Positions 11,001 to 20,857 of a DNA stretch of 64,000 nt are shown here, piece after piece (the stretch's first letter is position 1; every line of letters starts with the position of its first letter). Source of the stretch: a virus. Taxonomy: Duplodnaviria > Caudoviricetes. The position numbers were made by a program, and so were the translations under genes. The stretch covers positions 45,016-109,015 of the IMG/VR virus record IMGVR_UViG_3300031867_000018; one strand, written 5' to 3'. The notes beneath the pieces were generated by a model, which was not told the DNA's origin, did no database searches, and saw only the letters and a program-made list of their open reading frames with translations.

Positions 11001-11298
11001 TTCTTAGCCCCCACATCTTCTTGATTTCGGTAAAAATCTTATTTAACCCAAACAGTTTATCTTCACTTTTGCCTTTTTCACTCATAAAACTACGAATGTC
11101 TTTGTGATTTGCGTTAGCGTTTGGGTCAACGGAAGCGTCAGCAACGGTATCTTTGTCTATAAAGTTTTCAATAAACTCAGAGAAGTCAAGTTGATTTGGG
11201 TGAACCCCATTAATATACTCAAAATCTTCTCCATATTTCTTTTTTAGGTCTTCAAGACAACGCTCGAAGTCTTTCGATAATTTTAATTGTATTTCCAT
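8019..11298 (-). CDS. nrdD: Anaerobic ribonucleotide reductase, two exons (11298-10614 and 9259-8019; 641 aa spliced)
   Basis: Splicing restores 'LRIDQSAFTNVSIFD'; NCCRL, PAEN and glycyl-radical loop RVVGF present; exon lengths 685+1241 are in frame. Confidence 0.9.
9260..10613 (-). mobile_element. Group I intron in nrdD
   Basis: Exon ends in U with P1 pairing (GCGU|AAAUGUUUGCGC); intron ends in G; core elements UCAACGACUA (about 9409-9418) and GAUAUAGUCU (about 9331-9340). Confidence 0.9.
9386..10507 (-). CDS. Intron-encoded HNH homing endonuclease with multiple HTH repeats
   Basis: 'GENHPNWQGG', 'RDNYTCQLCG...LHIHH...NLITYCKDCH'. Confidence 0.9.
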   Translation of the reverse strand: MNYPKNRYTGEKPWMDKDWLYEEYVVKDRRTKDIAEEYGCKQNTIQQWLLKHKISKPITKHVRKKKQHELYEYLYHNHVELGKSVSQIAKENKVSYDAIHNNLKKNGIQIIKQNRHYKFTDDEIQKIIELYCDEGLSAYKIGLLFNTDNGTIRRYLTKSGIKTRGMSEAQFNYNGKEIHPDLLNIDKMNDLHWNQHLTCKAIGDMYGIDAGTVRRQMHRLGLETMNNSESKIGLMTGENHPNWQGGITPLYLLLREYFTVNQVPKIAKRDNYTCQLCGATHTILHIHHIKHFSDIIKEIIKEHPEHDINTIDERIALYKIIVQDSRFLDDNNLITYCKDCHLFKIHNYKRHKTISSQASNEEGSTTIPQGSTP

Positions 11299-11307
11299 AT
11301 GTGCCTC

Positions 11308-11511
11308 CTACTGTTCGTTTATCCATTTTGTTGCTGTTGAAAAATCCATTAATTCGCCGTTGACCGCCAGCATAGGAACCGAGGAGATACCCAAATCAAG
11401 CATTGTTTCAACATTGTCATTTTCGGTGTAAGTTATCTGTTTGTTATTCAGCTTCTTCTTTAGCACCTCACATCTTGAACATCCCGTTGAATACAATATA
11501 ATTTCTGACAT
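11308..11511 (-). CDS. Glutaredoxin / NrdH-like redoxin
   Basis: CSRC motif and SVP cis-Pro loop; upstream of nrdD. Confidence 0.85.
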   Translation of the reverse strand: MSEIILYSTGCSRCEVLKKKLNNKQITYTENDNVETMLDLGISSVPMLAVNGELMDFSTATKWINEQ

Positions 11512-11620
11512 AAACTCACCTCTTTGAAATATAGTATCTATATAAACGCTATTGCGGAATTGAAAGGAATTTATGGGCAGATTGTTATTCTCTGCCGTTG
11601 AGCCATTTCAGGCATTGTAT

Positions 11621-12187
11621 TTAATGGAATAAAAGTTGAAATATTTGCATAGATTTATTTATGTTTTTATATGTTTCTGGGAAGTCATTCCAACTATCTA
11701 TTGTAGATAACATTTTGCCCCATTTATTATTTTGATTCCAAGGTTTTGAAAATAGTACAGTATATCTACAAGATGATTTGTTTAAATGTTCTATACAATC
11801 ATCAATAAGAATATCTCCTGCGACCATACCTTTATCATGACAGATTATCAGCTTGTCCGAATGATAGAACGGAAAATGTTTTTGTAACCACTTATGTTTA
11901 GGTAAAACTGATTTTGGGTGTGCCGCTGTTAAGAAATAAACATCGTTATCTTGTGATAACTCCGTTAGAACTTCGACTGCACCATTATTAACCTGTAAAT
12001 TTTCAATCAAATCGTCCGACATAAATTCCTTAAAAATATCGGAACATTCGGGTTTTAAAAATTTATGAATATTATATTCAGTGATATCATCTGTAGTAAT
12101 GTCATCTTGATATTTAGCATTATAAATTGGAAGTATAGTTTCAATGAGATTGTTAAGTGTTTCGTCTATATCAACCAGAATTTTCAT
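11621..12187 (-). CDS. 5'(3')-deoxyribonucleotidase (HAD, NT5C family)
   Basis: DIDET motif I, LIDD motif IV, 'PWN'. Confidence 0.85.
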   Translation of the reverse strand: MKILVDIDETLNNLIETILPIYNAKYQDDITTDDITEYNIHKFLKPECSDIFKEFMSDDLIENLQVNNGAVEVLTELSQDNDVYFLTAAHPKSVLPKHKWLQKHFPFYHSDKLIICHDKGMVAGDILIDDCIEHLNKSSCRYTVLFSKPWNQNNKWGKMLSTIDSWNDFPETYKNINKSMQIFQLLFH

Positions 12188-12217
12188 ATTATCACCACCT
12201 ATTAATATCTTAATTTT

Positions 12218-12985
12218 TTAATTATCAAGATTGATATTCAGCCATCTTTTACCCTTCCAATATTTCCACTGCAAATTTCCCCCCGATATTCGTGTTTCAA
12301 TTTCTTCAATATTGCCTTGTGCTAATAAGAAGTTTCTGTATTTTTGCTTTAATTCATTAGTACACGGTAGTTGTGATAAAGTGTGTAGTATCTGTTCATA
12401 AGACCAATCAAAATCGGACAATTTGCTTTGTCTATATAATTCGTCTTCGTATTCCTTTACAGCAGCCTTCGCTTCTTCGTAAGTACCGTAAACATCCCAG
12501 TAATTAAGCGATGTATGTTCAGGTTTTCCTAAATCTGTAAATCTATCTACGATTCTCCAACCTTCCTTTTTGTCGATTTCTGTGTCTAAGGTTATGTGGC
12601 AATTATCTTGAACATTGACTAAAATACCCTTTTTATATAAATCAAGAATAAGATCGGGGGTTTTTATATAGTTGCTCGGTATAGATTTTAAGATTTCTCT
12701 ACCTTTTTTTACGCTTTCTTCATCGATAGACCATAGTACTGTATCATAAGACCATCCTTTGGGGAGTTTCTTCCAACGTGAAGGTATGTGATTATTTACA
12801 AAATCTTTATAGGGTATTCCGTCAATAGTTCTGACATCAATCAATTCTATTAATTGCAAACAAACTGTTTTGGGATAATGATCTTCGATAATGCCGTAAT
12901 TGATATATTTTTTATTGTCGCGTGTCTCAAGAAAATAAACAACACTGCCTATTGGGTAATTTCGAGGATTCCATATTGTGTTCAA
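12218..12985 (-). CDS. Hypothetical phage protein
   Basis: 255-aa ORF with GGAG RBS in the operon. Confidence 0.6.
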   Translation of the reverse strand: MNTIWNPRNYPIGSVVYFLETRDNKKYINYGIIEDHYPKTVCLQLIELIDVRTIDGIPYKDFVNNHIPSRWKKLPKGWSYDTVLWSIDEESVKKGREILKSIPSNYIKTPDLILDLYKKGILVNVQDNCHITLDTEIDKKEGWRIVDRFTDLGKPEHTSLNYWDVYGTYEEAKAAVKEYEDELYRQSKLSDFDWSYEQILHTLSQLPCTNELKQKYRNFLLAQGNIEEIETRISGGNLQWKYWKGKRWLNINLDN

Positions 12986-13002
12986 TTATTTACATCTCCC
13001 TT

Positions 13003-13491
13003 TTAGTCTATATAAGTTTCTTTTATTTCTTCTCCGAAAATTTCAAGAGCTTTTTCAGCAAGTTCTTCGCTTGAAAACCATATTTCATATGTATTGACAT
13101 ATGTATGTTCACCTATCACAAAATCATGAATTTCTTCGTCATAATAAATATGATATTTCTGCTGTTCCATATTAGTCCAATCAATCTTATCGTTATGCTC
13201 ATCAGCCCATCTTTGCATACGAAGCATAAGACTTACACGTTTTGCCATTTTTTCGCCAAGGTGAAAATCAGAAAAATAATTCCCGCTTTTATACGATTCC
13301 TCGTCTGTCGTATCGGAATTTTCGAAGTCTAATTTTAAACTACAATCATAGGCTATAAAGTAGTACTGATTACCCGGCTGAACCCTCTCCCAGCCTGTTT
13401 TTTTCTTTTCTTCTATTCCCAAAGTTTTAGCTTGTTCATCTGTCAATTCAATATCAACACTCTTGCCATTTGCTGTAATTGTTGCTTTCAT
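13003..13491 (-). CDS. Hypothetical phage protein (start at MKATI)
   Basis: GGAGG RBS before the internal ATG; 'GNYF' and 'WFSSEELAEKA' motifs common in phage hypotheticals. Confidence 0.55.
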   Translation of the reverse strand: MKATITANGKSVDIELTDEQAKTLGIEEKKKTGWERVQPGNQYYFIAYDCSLKLDFENSDTTDEESYKSGNYFSDFHLGEKMAKRVSLMLRMQRWADEHNDKIDWTNMEQQKYHIYYDEEIHDFVIGEHTYVNTYEIWFSSEELAEKALEIFGEEIKETYID

Positions 13492-13505
13492 ATTCCTACC
13501 TCCGT

Positions 13506-13802
13506 TATTCAGAATCAATCTCTTCAAATATCTGTTTTGCTACTTTTGTTTTTGATAGCCTAAATGCTAACTTTTCTGCTGCGGCGTTTATAATTTCATC
13601 TTTATGTGTTTCAAAAAAGTTATCAAAATTCTGACGAATCCAATTTTGAAAACCTCTTTCAGAATCAAAAATATGAGAACGGAAAGCTTGCTCTATATCT
13701 CTTGTTAATTTTTCAATAACACGGTTTTCTGCTGTCGCTTCAAGTTTTTTGTTTTACTGCATTGTCATCAAAGTTAAAAGCTACATTGATAATGTGTTCC
13801 AT
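13506..13802 (-). pseudogene. Small hypothetical gene broken by +1 A in an A6 run (or sequencing error)
   Basis: AGGAG RBS, MEHIINVAFNFDDNAVKQK, then a stop; the shifted frame continues LEATAENRVIEK...IDSE. Confidence 0.45.
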
Positions 13803-13815
13803 ACTTTATTCTCCT

Positions 13816-14349
13816 TTATATATTTTCTTCTATCGCTAAATTTCTTATTTCTTGTGCTGTTAATCTACTATCCTCGTTAATAATAGAATAACTCGCTATG
13901 TATTGAACATTTTCAAAAGCATCGGAATCGTACTGCTTGCGGCTTCTTATTGCCTCTATATTATCACCTCTACCTTTCATTCTTTCTTCTCTGACATTTT
14001 CAGGGACATATAAATACACTATTATATATTCTTTATTGCCTTTATAGTGATTTATAAAATATTGTATCCCTAATAGATCAATCACATACACATCCGATTG
14101 GTCTACTTGTTGACTTGTACCACAATACCTATAACCGTTGTATTTTGTATAAGCGACCATATCTTCGGGTTTTATATTGTCAAACTCTTCTTCGGTAATG
14201 AAGATATGTCCTGTTTCACCCTCAAATCTCGGTGGACGTGTTGTGTATGATTGCAGTTGTTTCATACCGTATATATCTTCAAGGAGTGTGGCAACGGTTG
14301 TTTTGCCGCTACCCGACTCTCCACAAAGTAGGATTATTTTGTTATTCAT
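13816..14349 (-). CDS. gmk: Guanylate kinase-like protein
   Basis: GESGSGKT P-loop, YTTRPPR, 'GHIFI', 'YNGYRY'. Confidence 0.85.
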   Translation of the reverse strand: MNNKIILLCGESGSGKTTVATLLEDIYGMKQLQSYTTRPPRFEGETGHIFITEEEFDNIKPEDMVAYTKYNGYRYCGTSQQVDQSDVYVIDLLGIQYFINHYKGNKEYIIVYLYVPENVREERMKGRGDNIEAIRSRKQYDSDAFENVQYIASYSIINEDSRLTAQEIRNLAIEENI

Positions 14350-14453
14350 TTCGTATCTCCATTTCTGCCTTATGTTTATTTATTCTGTCTTGTGCAAGTT
14401 CAAAGTGGGATTCGTCAAGCTCTATATCAACAAAGTTACGATTAGTGTTTTGG
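14343..14453 (-). pseudogene. C-terminal remnant of an N4/N6 DNA methyltransferase
   Basis: Reads QNTNRNFVDIELDESHFELAQDRI, matching the corrected C-terminus of the 15965-16745 MTase (NRRFIGIELDEHYFNIAKERI). Confidence 0.6.
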
Positions 14454-14466
14454 AATAAGATTTATG

Positions 14467-15051
14467 TTATACAACATAATTTTCATATACCATTTTCACC
14501 CATTCTTTAAATTCGTTTTGTGTCATTGTGTGTTTAGCAATATTACATTTACAACAACAAGTTACCACATTGTTATTTTCATATCCTTTACTGCTATCAA
14601 TTCTATCTATGCCATTAATTTTTACAACCGTATCACTTATCTTTCCTTTTGATTTCATCTCATTGTATCTATCTTCCAAAATTCTTGAGTATTCTATATC
14701 ACAATAATAGCATCTCATTTTTGATAGTTTACAAAACTCATCAAAAGAAATAATCTCTGAAAAGCCTTTGTTCTTATTTCTTCTTTTTAAGTGTGAGTAC
14801 TGAATTTTTAATATAGCAATTTCTCTATTTTCGTTTCTCTTGAATTTATTCTTCTCAACAAATTCTTTTTTAAAGCAACCACAACTTTTAGATTTTCCAG
14901 AACGTAACGATTCTCCTGTTACAATATGTTCGTTCCCGCAATCACATTTACATAAATATTTTAATTGTCCTTTATTCCCTTTTTCATCTAATAGTTTGAT
15001 AACTAACAATTTACCGTATCTATTTCCAATAATATCTTTTATTTTTGCGAT
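14467..15051 (-). CDS. Free-standing HNH homing-type endonuclease (probable ATC start)
   Basis: 'IIGNRYGKLLV', 'CKCDCGN...SCGC', 'CYYC...NGIDRIDSSKGY..NNVVTCC..CN..K'; AGGAG lies 8 nt before ATC at 15051. Confidence 0.75.
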   Translation of the reverse strand: MAKIKDIIGNRYGKLLVIKLLDEKGNKGQLKYLCKCDCGNEHIVTGESLRSGKSKSCGCFKKEFVEKNKFKRNENREIAILKIQYSHLKRRNKNKGFSEIISFDEFCKLSKMRCYYCDIEYSRILEDRYNEMKSKGKISDTVVKINGIDRIDSSKGYENNNVVTCCCKCNIAKHTMTQNEFKEWVKMVYENYVV

Positions 15052-15101
15052 TAAATCATCTCCTATGTATTCATGTATAATTAGTCATAGATAGTAAACC
15101 A

Positions 15102-15344
15102 TTATAAGTAAGTAGCTATAGTCTCAAATAAAGTCATATCCGCATTAGGTATATTCTCTGTTTCGGGAGCGGGATATACCTCAATAGGCTTTCCAAGGTC
15201 AAGGCTGAAAATACCCATGATAGATTTTGCGTCTATTGTGTATCTGCCGTTGCTCATAAGTACAGCAAATGGTACTTTCTGAATATCGTTGACAAAAGAT
15301 TTAACTTTGTCTATAGTGTTGATGTTAATTATATATTTTGTCAT
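15102..15344 (-). CDS. HPr-like protein (regulatory Ser motif present, His15 motif absent)
   Basis: 'IDAKSIMGIFSLDL'. Confidence 0.8.
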   Translation of the reverse strand: MTKYIININTIDKVKSFVNDIQKVPFAVLMSNGRYTIDAKSIMGIFSLDLGKPIEVYPAPETENIPNADMTLFETIATYL

Positions 15345-15345
15345 A

Positions 15346-15978
15346 TTAGTTCTCCTTTACTTCAATATCCGAAAACAGTACAGGTAATTTTTCTTTAAAC
15401 TCTTTCAAAATCATATTGGCAATCTCTCTCATAGATGGATGTGCTGCGGAAGATGTACGGAGTTTAAAGAAATGTCGCCACTCTCTGATATTCATTGTAA
15501 CAACGATTTCGGTTTTGGTGCTGTTAGGTAGAATCACTCTTGCTTCTTCGGGTTTAGCTCCCTTTTTTATCAAACCAAAATATACGCTTTCAAGAAGTTT
15601 CATCGTTGCAGACCAATCGTTATATTGGTCTGAATGCTCATTCCAAAAACAAGGTTTAATAAAAGTTAATTCATTGTCAAATTTATCGTTGGTGTAGTTG
15701 CAATATCTTTGAGATTCTTGACTATACGATGCTATCCTATGTCTTACAATTTCGTGACTTACTGCCCTATCGCAAATAATTCGTACCGTCACTTTCTCGT
15801 GTTCCAATACACTTTCGTGACCTCGTTTGATGATGCCTGCGATAAATTTTTCGGCAGAACCTTCACCGATTTTATCTTCGGATTTATAACAAGTGCGCCC
15901 TGCGGCTTCGATTGTTTTCATAATTGTTTCCGGGTTAAAATAACCCTCGATTTTAAAACTCGGTTTAACTATTTTCAT
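15346..15978 (-). CDS. thyX: FAD-dependent thymidylate synthase
   Basis: 'GHESVLEH', 'HEIVRHRIASYSQESQRY'. Confidence 0.95.
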   Translation of the reverse strand: MKIVKPSFKIEGYFNPETIMKTIEAAGRTCYKSEDKIGEGSAEKFIAGIIKRGHESVLEHEKVTVRIICDRAVSHEIVRHRIASYSQESQRYCNYTNDKFDNELTFIKPCFWNEHSDQYNDWSATMKLLESVYFGLIKKGAKPEEARVILPNSTKTEIVVTMNIREWRHFFKLRTSSAAHPSMREIANMILKEFKEKLPVLFSDIEVKEN

Positions 15979-16745
15979 TGTTACCTCCTACTTGTATATT
16001 CTCTATTCTTTCTTTGGCTATGTTGAAATAATGCTCGTCCAATTCGATACCGATGAAACGGCGGTTGAGCTTTTTGGCAGCTACACCTGTACTGCCAGCC
16101 CCCCATATAATTATCAAGAACGATATTATTTTCTTTTGTATAGGTCTTGATTAAATATTCAAGTAATGACATAGGCTTTTCTGTCGGATGTAGTTTCTTT
16201 GCGGGTGTGCTGAATTGTAAAATAGATATAGGCATCTTATCTTCATATAATTTATAGTTGTTAGCTGTTTTGTATGTATGTAATAAGTTATTACTGCCAT
16301 ATATTTTCACATTTGCCTTGCGTGGAGTTTCTCTTTTCTCTTTGATTGGAAAATAATTTATTTTTACGCCGTTTTTTGTATAACAGGCTTTAGCTTTGCT
16401 GAACACCATTATATTTTCTTGAACTCTACCCGGCTGATAATTCATTAACTGAAAATTGCTTGGTTTTTGTTTTTGCCATACCCAATCATACCTATACATT
16501 TCAAGGTTTGATGTTCTTAGTAAACTGCTGAATGGTTCTTGCCCGAAAAGTACGATACACGCATTATCTTTTATAATACGTTTGTACTGATTCCACAATT
16601 GGTCAAAAGATATATTGCAATCCCACTTGCAAGCAGTTATTCCGTAAGGCGGATCGCATAGCACCAAATCAATCGACTTATCAGGTATCTTCTTCATCAG
16701 TTCAAGGCAATCGCCTTGCCATAATTCAATATTATTAATAAACAA
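15965..16745 (-). pseudogene. Beta-class N4/N6 DNA methyltransferase, frameshifted at a G6 tract (16099-16104)
   Basis: DPPY and HPTEKP present; removing one G restores 'DNYMGAGSTGVAAKKLNRRFIGIELD'. Confidence 0.8.
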
Positions 16746-16796
16746 CGCCTCTCAATAATTTGTTATCAACACCTCAACATCTTTGCTGCGGTCTAT

Positions 16797-17612
16797 TTAT
16801 TCTTCATTCTGTATCAACATCTTTTCGCTTGCTTGTTTGTAAAATTCCTTTGACACTTCAAATCCATAACAATCTCTACCTAATTCCTGACAAGCTCTCA
16901 ATGTTGTACCTGAACCTGCTACGGGGTCAATTACAACATCTCCTTCGTCTGTAAAAATTTCAATCAGTTTCTTTAAAGTATTGACAGGTTTCTGTGCAGG
17001 ATGTATCTTTGGAATATCTTTGCCGTCTTTCTCCCAATTAAACCAGTTAAAAATCATTTTACCTGTACCTCTAATCGTTTTACCGTTTTCATCGGTCTGC
17101 GCACCGTTTCTGAATTTCGGCAGCTTATCACGGTACAGAATCAAAGCGTATTCTGTTGCTCCTACGACACGCATATTTGCTTTAAGCACCTGTGGACTGT
17201 AGTTTTTGATAAACACAAGTGGGATATTATGTTTAAATCCGTGTTTTTCGGCATATTTAATTACCATTGGCATTTGCTCAAAGGAACAAAAAACTATCAT
17301 ACACGGTGCGTCACTGCTTCGACCTCTCGCACCTGCTTTTTTTGGTTCTTTCTTTAAAAGCCTGTTGCAGAAATGGAAGTATTCAGCGATATTGAAGTTA
17401 AAATCGGTGTTAAATGCTGCTTTGCCTGCTAATTTACTTTCACCATTCTTATTGTCTCCGCCGTTATACCACATAGGGTTACTGCCATAGAAGTTAGTTC
17501 CGACATTATAGGGAATGTCGGCGATTACAAGCTGCGCTCTTGGAATACCATATCTTTTGTAGTTCTGAAAATTATCGTTATAAAGTTTACATTTTGACAT
17601 TTTGTTTTTCAC
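16797..17612 (-). CDS. Beta-class N4/N6 DNA methyltransferase
   Basis: DIPY catalytic motif, HPAQKP, DPVAGSGTT. Confidence 0.9.
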   Translation of the reverse strand: MKNKMSKCKLYNDNFQNYKRYGIPRAQLVIADIPYNVGTNFYGSNPMWYNGGDNKNGESKLAGKAAFNTDFNFNIAEYFHFCNRLLKKEPKKAGARGRSSDAPCMIVFCSFEQMPMVIKYAEKHGFKHNIPLVFIKNYSPQVLKANMRVVGATEYALILYRDKLPKFRNGAQTDENGKTIRGTGKMIFNWFNWEKDGKDIPKIHPAQKPVNTLKKLIEIFTDEGDVVIDPVAGSGTTLRACQELGRDCYGFEVSKEFYKQASEKMLIQNEE

Positions 17613-17660
17613 TAGAAAGGCAGAAATTTCTCTTAGGTCGCGACACCTTTGTCCTTTCTT
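17613..17660 (-). promoter_or_regulatory. 5'-leader hairpin sequestering an SD-like sequence upstream of an MTase gene
   Basis: AGAAAGG/CCTTTCT stem enclosing palindrome GTCGCGAC; a similar element sits at 35262-35317. Confidence 0.5.
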
Positions 17661-17806
17661 TAGAATTTATAAAATGAGATTTCTATTCGGTCAATTATCA
17701 AACCGGAATTCTTTTGCAAATATCTCCAGTTGTTTCGTCAGGAAGTTTGGGTATTAACTTAATTTTGCCTGTATAAGAAACTATCTCACTCATTTTATGT
17801 ACTCCT

Positions 17807-18562
17807 TTACTTTAAATTTGGGAATTGTGATTTCAACACATCTATAATATGAAATTGCTGAATTTTTCTCATAGCAATACAATTCAAATAACCTCGCCAA
17901 TCAAAATTTGATAAATATTCTATTATTTCAGACTTCATATCTTCGTTATGTATCTTAATTTTATATTCTGCGGAATAATTCTCTCCGTCTTTTAATATCT
18001 TTCCTGCTGTTCCGTCACCCCAGTGACACATACGAATATCAAACTCTTTGTCAGCATATCCTTTACTATCTTGCCGATATATAGATATGTCTTTGAGTTT
18101 TGCGGTTGGTTTCTTGTTTAATTCTCCCTGTACAGGTCTTCGATAAATATTAAAGCAACAATGTAATTCTCTGTCGGTGTAGGTATGCTTGTCCAAATCT
18201 TCGCTATAAATCAAGTCAAACTCATACATTGAATGAGTATTGTTTAGTTGACTGATAGGAAGTATAAAAGCTATATAAATTGAAAACGGCGGGTTTGTTA
18301 CAATAATATCCCATTTGTCTGGCTGGTATGTAAAGAAATCTTGCCCTTCCTCTATACAACTTCTGACTACTTGATACCCCCCCATTTTTAAACTGCGGTA
18401 AAAAGCCGACCACTCTGCATCACAAGGGCTCCAAATTATCTTGTCTTTTGGCAAATATTTTAAAATTGGTTCTACCGCATAATATGGAGTGTACGATTCA
18501 TCGGCTTTTGCAGATTTATCGCTGGTTAAATAGCCTATATTTAATGCCAATTTATCACTCAC
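17807..18562 (-). CDS. N6-adenine DNA methyltransferase-like protein (possibly a deletion fusion)
   Basis: 'DESYTP', 'WSPCD', 'GQDFF', 'TNPPFS'; in-frame G7 tract at 18377-18383. Confidence 0.7.
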   Translation of the reverse strand: MSDKLALNIGYLTSDKSAKADESYTPYYAVEPILKYLPKDKIIWSPCDAEWSAFYRSLKMGGYQVVRSCIEEGQDFFTYQPDKWDIIVTNPPFSIYIAFILPISQLNNTHSMYEFDLIYSEDLDKHTYTDRELHCCFNIYRRPVQGELNKKPTAKLKDISIYRQDSKGYADKEFDIRMCHWGDGTAGKILKDGENYSAEYKIKIHNEDMKSEIIEYLSNFDWRGYLNCIAMRKIQQFHIIDVLKSQFPNLK

Positions 18563-18579
18563 CTTACTTTTATCAGCAT

Positions 18580-19713
18580 TTATGATATATGTTTATATTC
18601 TTCCTTTGTTTCAAAATCAGAATATTTCAAATCAAAATACTGCACTGCTAATTCTGGCATATCATTTTCGATCTGATTTACATATCGTAAATAAGCACAT
18701 TCTTTAATCGTTCTCTGCTGTAATACATCCACAAATTGTCTTAATGACTTTTTCTTAAAGAAACTCGGACTATTACACCAATTTGCCAAAAGAATATACA
18801 TACCTCGATATGGTGATTCTTCATACCTGTTAAATCTCATTATGTACGGCAAACACTGATACTTCATAAGAAGCGCAATTCTTTTAAATAAATCCCACAA
18901 ATCTTGTCTCCAAAAATCTAAGTCCCATTTATCGCTTCTATCAAAGCCACAAAACGTATAAAATTTAGGAACTTTATTGGTATATTTACGGAGCATTATT
19001 AACTTCTTTTCTATAATTTTATAATCTGCAACATTATCAAAAGCGAAAATATAATCCCCGTCATATTTACTTTTGAATAGCAATTCACATTTTTCGTCTG
19101 TTAAAATCCTCTCGTCAAGACCTTGCTTGAATTGAAACGACTTACCTGTTGACTGTAACTCTAACAACATTTCTTTCCAATTATGACAGCCTAAAAAATT
19201 ATCATCCAGTAAACAAATCTTCTTTCTTGTTGGGTCAAGAAATTCAGATAATGAGCTGTGTTGCTCTACCCTTTTATAATTCCTGTTTACACAGAATTGG
19301 CATTGACGAAAACAGCCTCTTGTCATAAAACCTATTGAATAATCAAGATAGTATTTGAAGTCGATTCTTTTGCCGCCGTTGTCAAGTTTGGATTGTACCC
19401 ACTCATCGTACAAATGATAATCGGGGAAATGATGTTCAATCTCATATGGAAGTTTCGGAGCTTTATCGTAATAAAACCCCGTTCCTCCATATTCAACATT
19501 TGGCAGAGTCAAGATATTTTCACCTATCGGTGTGTCGGTGAAAACTTTGGAGATAAAAACCTTATCATAGTCTTCGAGATTTTCGTAATCTGTTTTTAAT
19601 TCGACTGAATGACCTTTTTCTTTATAGTAGCCCGAAAGTTTCAGGCACACTAAATTAGGAAATCTGTGTTTATTTCTGCCGATTAAATCAGCGTCTATTA
19701 TTGCAATTCTCAT
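18580..19713 (-). CDS. Radical SAM protein (phage type)
   Basis: RGCFRQCQFC CxxxCxxC motif, LDDNFL, QGLD; N-terminal 'FPNLVCLKLS'. Confidence 0.8.
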   Translation of the reverse strand: MRIAIIDADLIGRNKHRFPNLVCLKLSGYYKEKGHSVELKTDYENLEDYDKVFISKVFTDTPIGENILTLPNVEYGGTGFYYDKAPKLPYEIEHHFPDYHLYDEWVQSKLDNGGKRIDFKYYLDYSIGFMTRGCFRQCQFCVNRNYKRVEQHSSLSEFLDPTRKKICLLDDNFLGCHNWKEMLLELQSTGKSFQFKQGLDERILTDEKCELLFKSKYDGDYIFAFDNVADYKIIEKKLIMLRKYTNKVPKFYTFCGFDRSDKWDLDFWRQDLWDLFKRIALLMKYQCLPYIMRFNRYEESPYRGMYILLANWCNSPSFFKKKSLRQFVDVLQQRTIKECAYLRYVNQIENDMPELAVQYFDLKYSDFETKEEYKHIS

Positions 19714-19810
19714 TCGCACCTGCCTTTTCTGCATTCCGATAAAATTCGCCTTTTATTTACTTTTTTAGGTCTTGAAACCCACTGTTTAAGCCACTTTCAG
19801 GTTTTGCATT

Positions 19811-20419
19811 TTAGCAATTCGCAATACTTTCAGTCTCTTTTCTCAAAATTTCTATTATTAGTCCAATTTCATTCTTTGAAAAGTATGTAATGCCATGTTT
19901 TTCTTTAAATTTGTCAGCACGCTTGGCAGGGTTCCTTACCTCTGGAAAGTGACTTAATAAATCAATCATTTGTTTTCGGGTAAAGATTGAATCTTTAAAT
20001 CTCAATAAAAACATAGTTAAGTTTAAATAATTTCGTTCTTTTGCGGGTTTCTGAATATCGTTCTTATAAAGTAGTTCAAGGTGCTTGTTCTGCTCTATCT
20101 GCATATCATCAAAACACGCTTTTGCTCTATCGAGTCGTTTCACCCACTGTTTTAATATGCCAGTATTTAAGGGCATTACATTTTTAGAATTGTATTGTAA
20201 AGGCATATCACACCAAGCGGCTTTGGCAACAATATTAGTTAGTTTATGCTCTTTGGCTAAACAAAGCTGAAACATTCTGTTTAGTTTGAGAATATCATCA
20301 GGATTTATTAAATCGTGTTTTACTAATATATCATTTGTTTGATTTGCAAATTTTGAATATCCCAAAATAGTATTGCTACGTTTATACATTTGAATACTTC
20401 TCCCTGTTTGTAGTGTCAA
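19811..20419 (-). CDS. Hypothetical protein
   Basis: Coupled ORF within the operon. Confidence 0.5.
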   Translation of the reverse strand: MTLQTGRSIQMYKRSNTILGYSKFANQTNDILVKHDLINPDDILKLNRMFQLCLAKEHKLTNIVAKAAWCDMPLQYNSKNVMPLNTGILKQWVKRLDRAKACFDDMQIEQNKHLELLYKNDIQKPAKERNYLNLTMFLLRFKDSIFTRKQMIDLLSHFPEVRNPAKRADKFKEKHGITYFSKNEIGLIIEILRKETESIANC

Positions 20420-20856
20420 TCTTCGTACTCAACAAAGTGATTTTTGAATACACAACGACCAACTGAATCAGTTTCTCCATTGGTAAAAGCAGATGTCAAT
20501 AGCTTAATCATATTGGCAACTTCTAACTGGCTAAATACTGCAATCCTCACTTCGTCTAATGGAAAATTGTCAAAAAAGGAATCTTGATATGTGTGATAAG
20601 TTGTTCTTTCTTTTTCTCTGTTAAGACTATGCCCGTATTTAGTTCTTACGTCTGGAAAAATATTCATCGCACAAAATCCGCCCATTTCAGTAGGGTCTTC
20701 AACTCTGATATATAACCCCCCTTCAAATTCAGGTCGATATTCAACCTCTTCTTTTATGTGTTCATCATATTCAAGATAGTCGCTATCTTCGGCAATCTTA
20801 CAGAATACTGTTCCCATTGGTACGTTTCTTAATTCATCTCTTGTTATTATTTTCAT
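20416..20856 (-). CDS. Hypothetical protein (start at MKIIT)
   Basis: GGAGG RBS before ATG 20856; the longer track ORF overlaps the MTase. Confidence 0.55.
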   Translation of the reverse strand: MKIITRDELRNVPMGTVFCKIAEDSDYLEYDEHIKEEVEYRPEFEGGLYIRVEDPTEMGGFCAMNIFPDVRTKYGHSLNREKERTTYHTYQDSFFDNFPLDEVRIAVFSQLEVANMIKLLTSAFTNGETDSVGRCVFKNHFVEYED

Positions 20857-20857
20857 T

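Noticed and set aside
11512-11620. NrdR box or riboswitch upstream of the nrd operon
   Set aside because: One hairpin and only a weak resemblance to the NrdR consensus; insufficient support.
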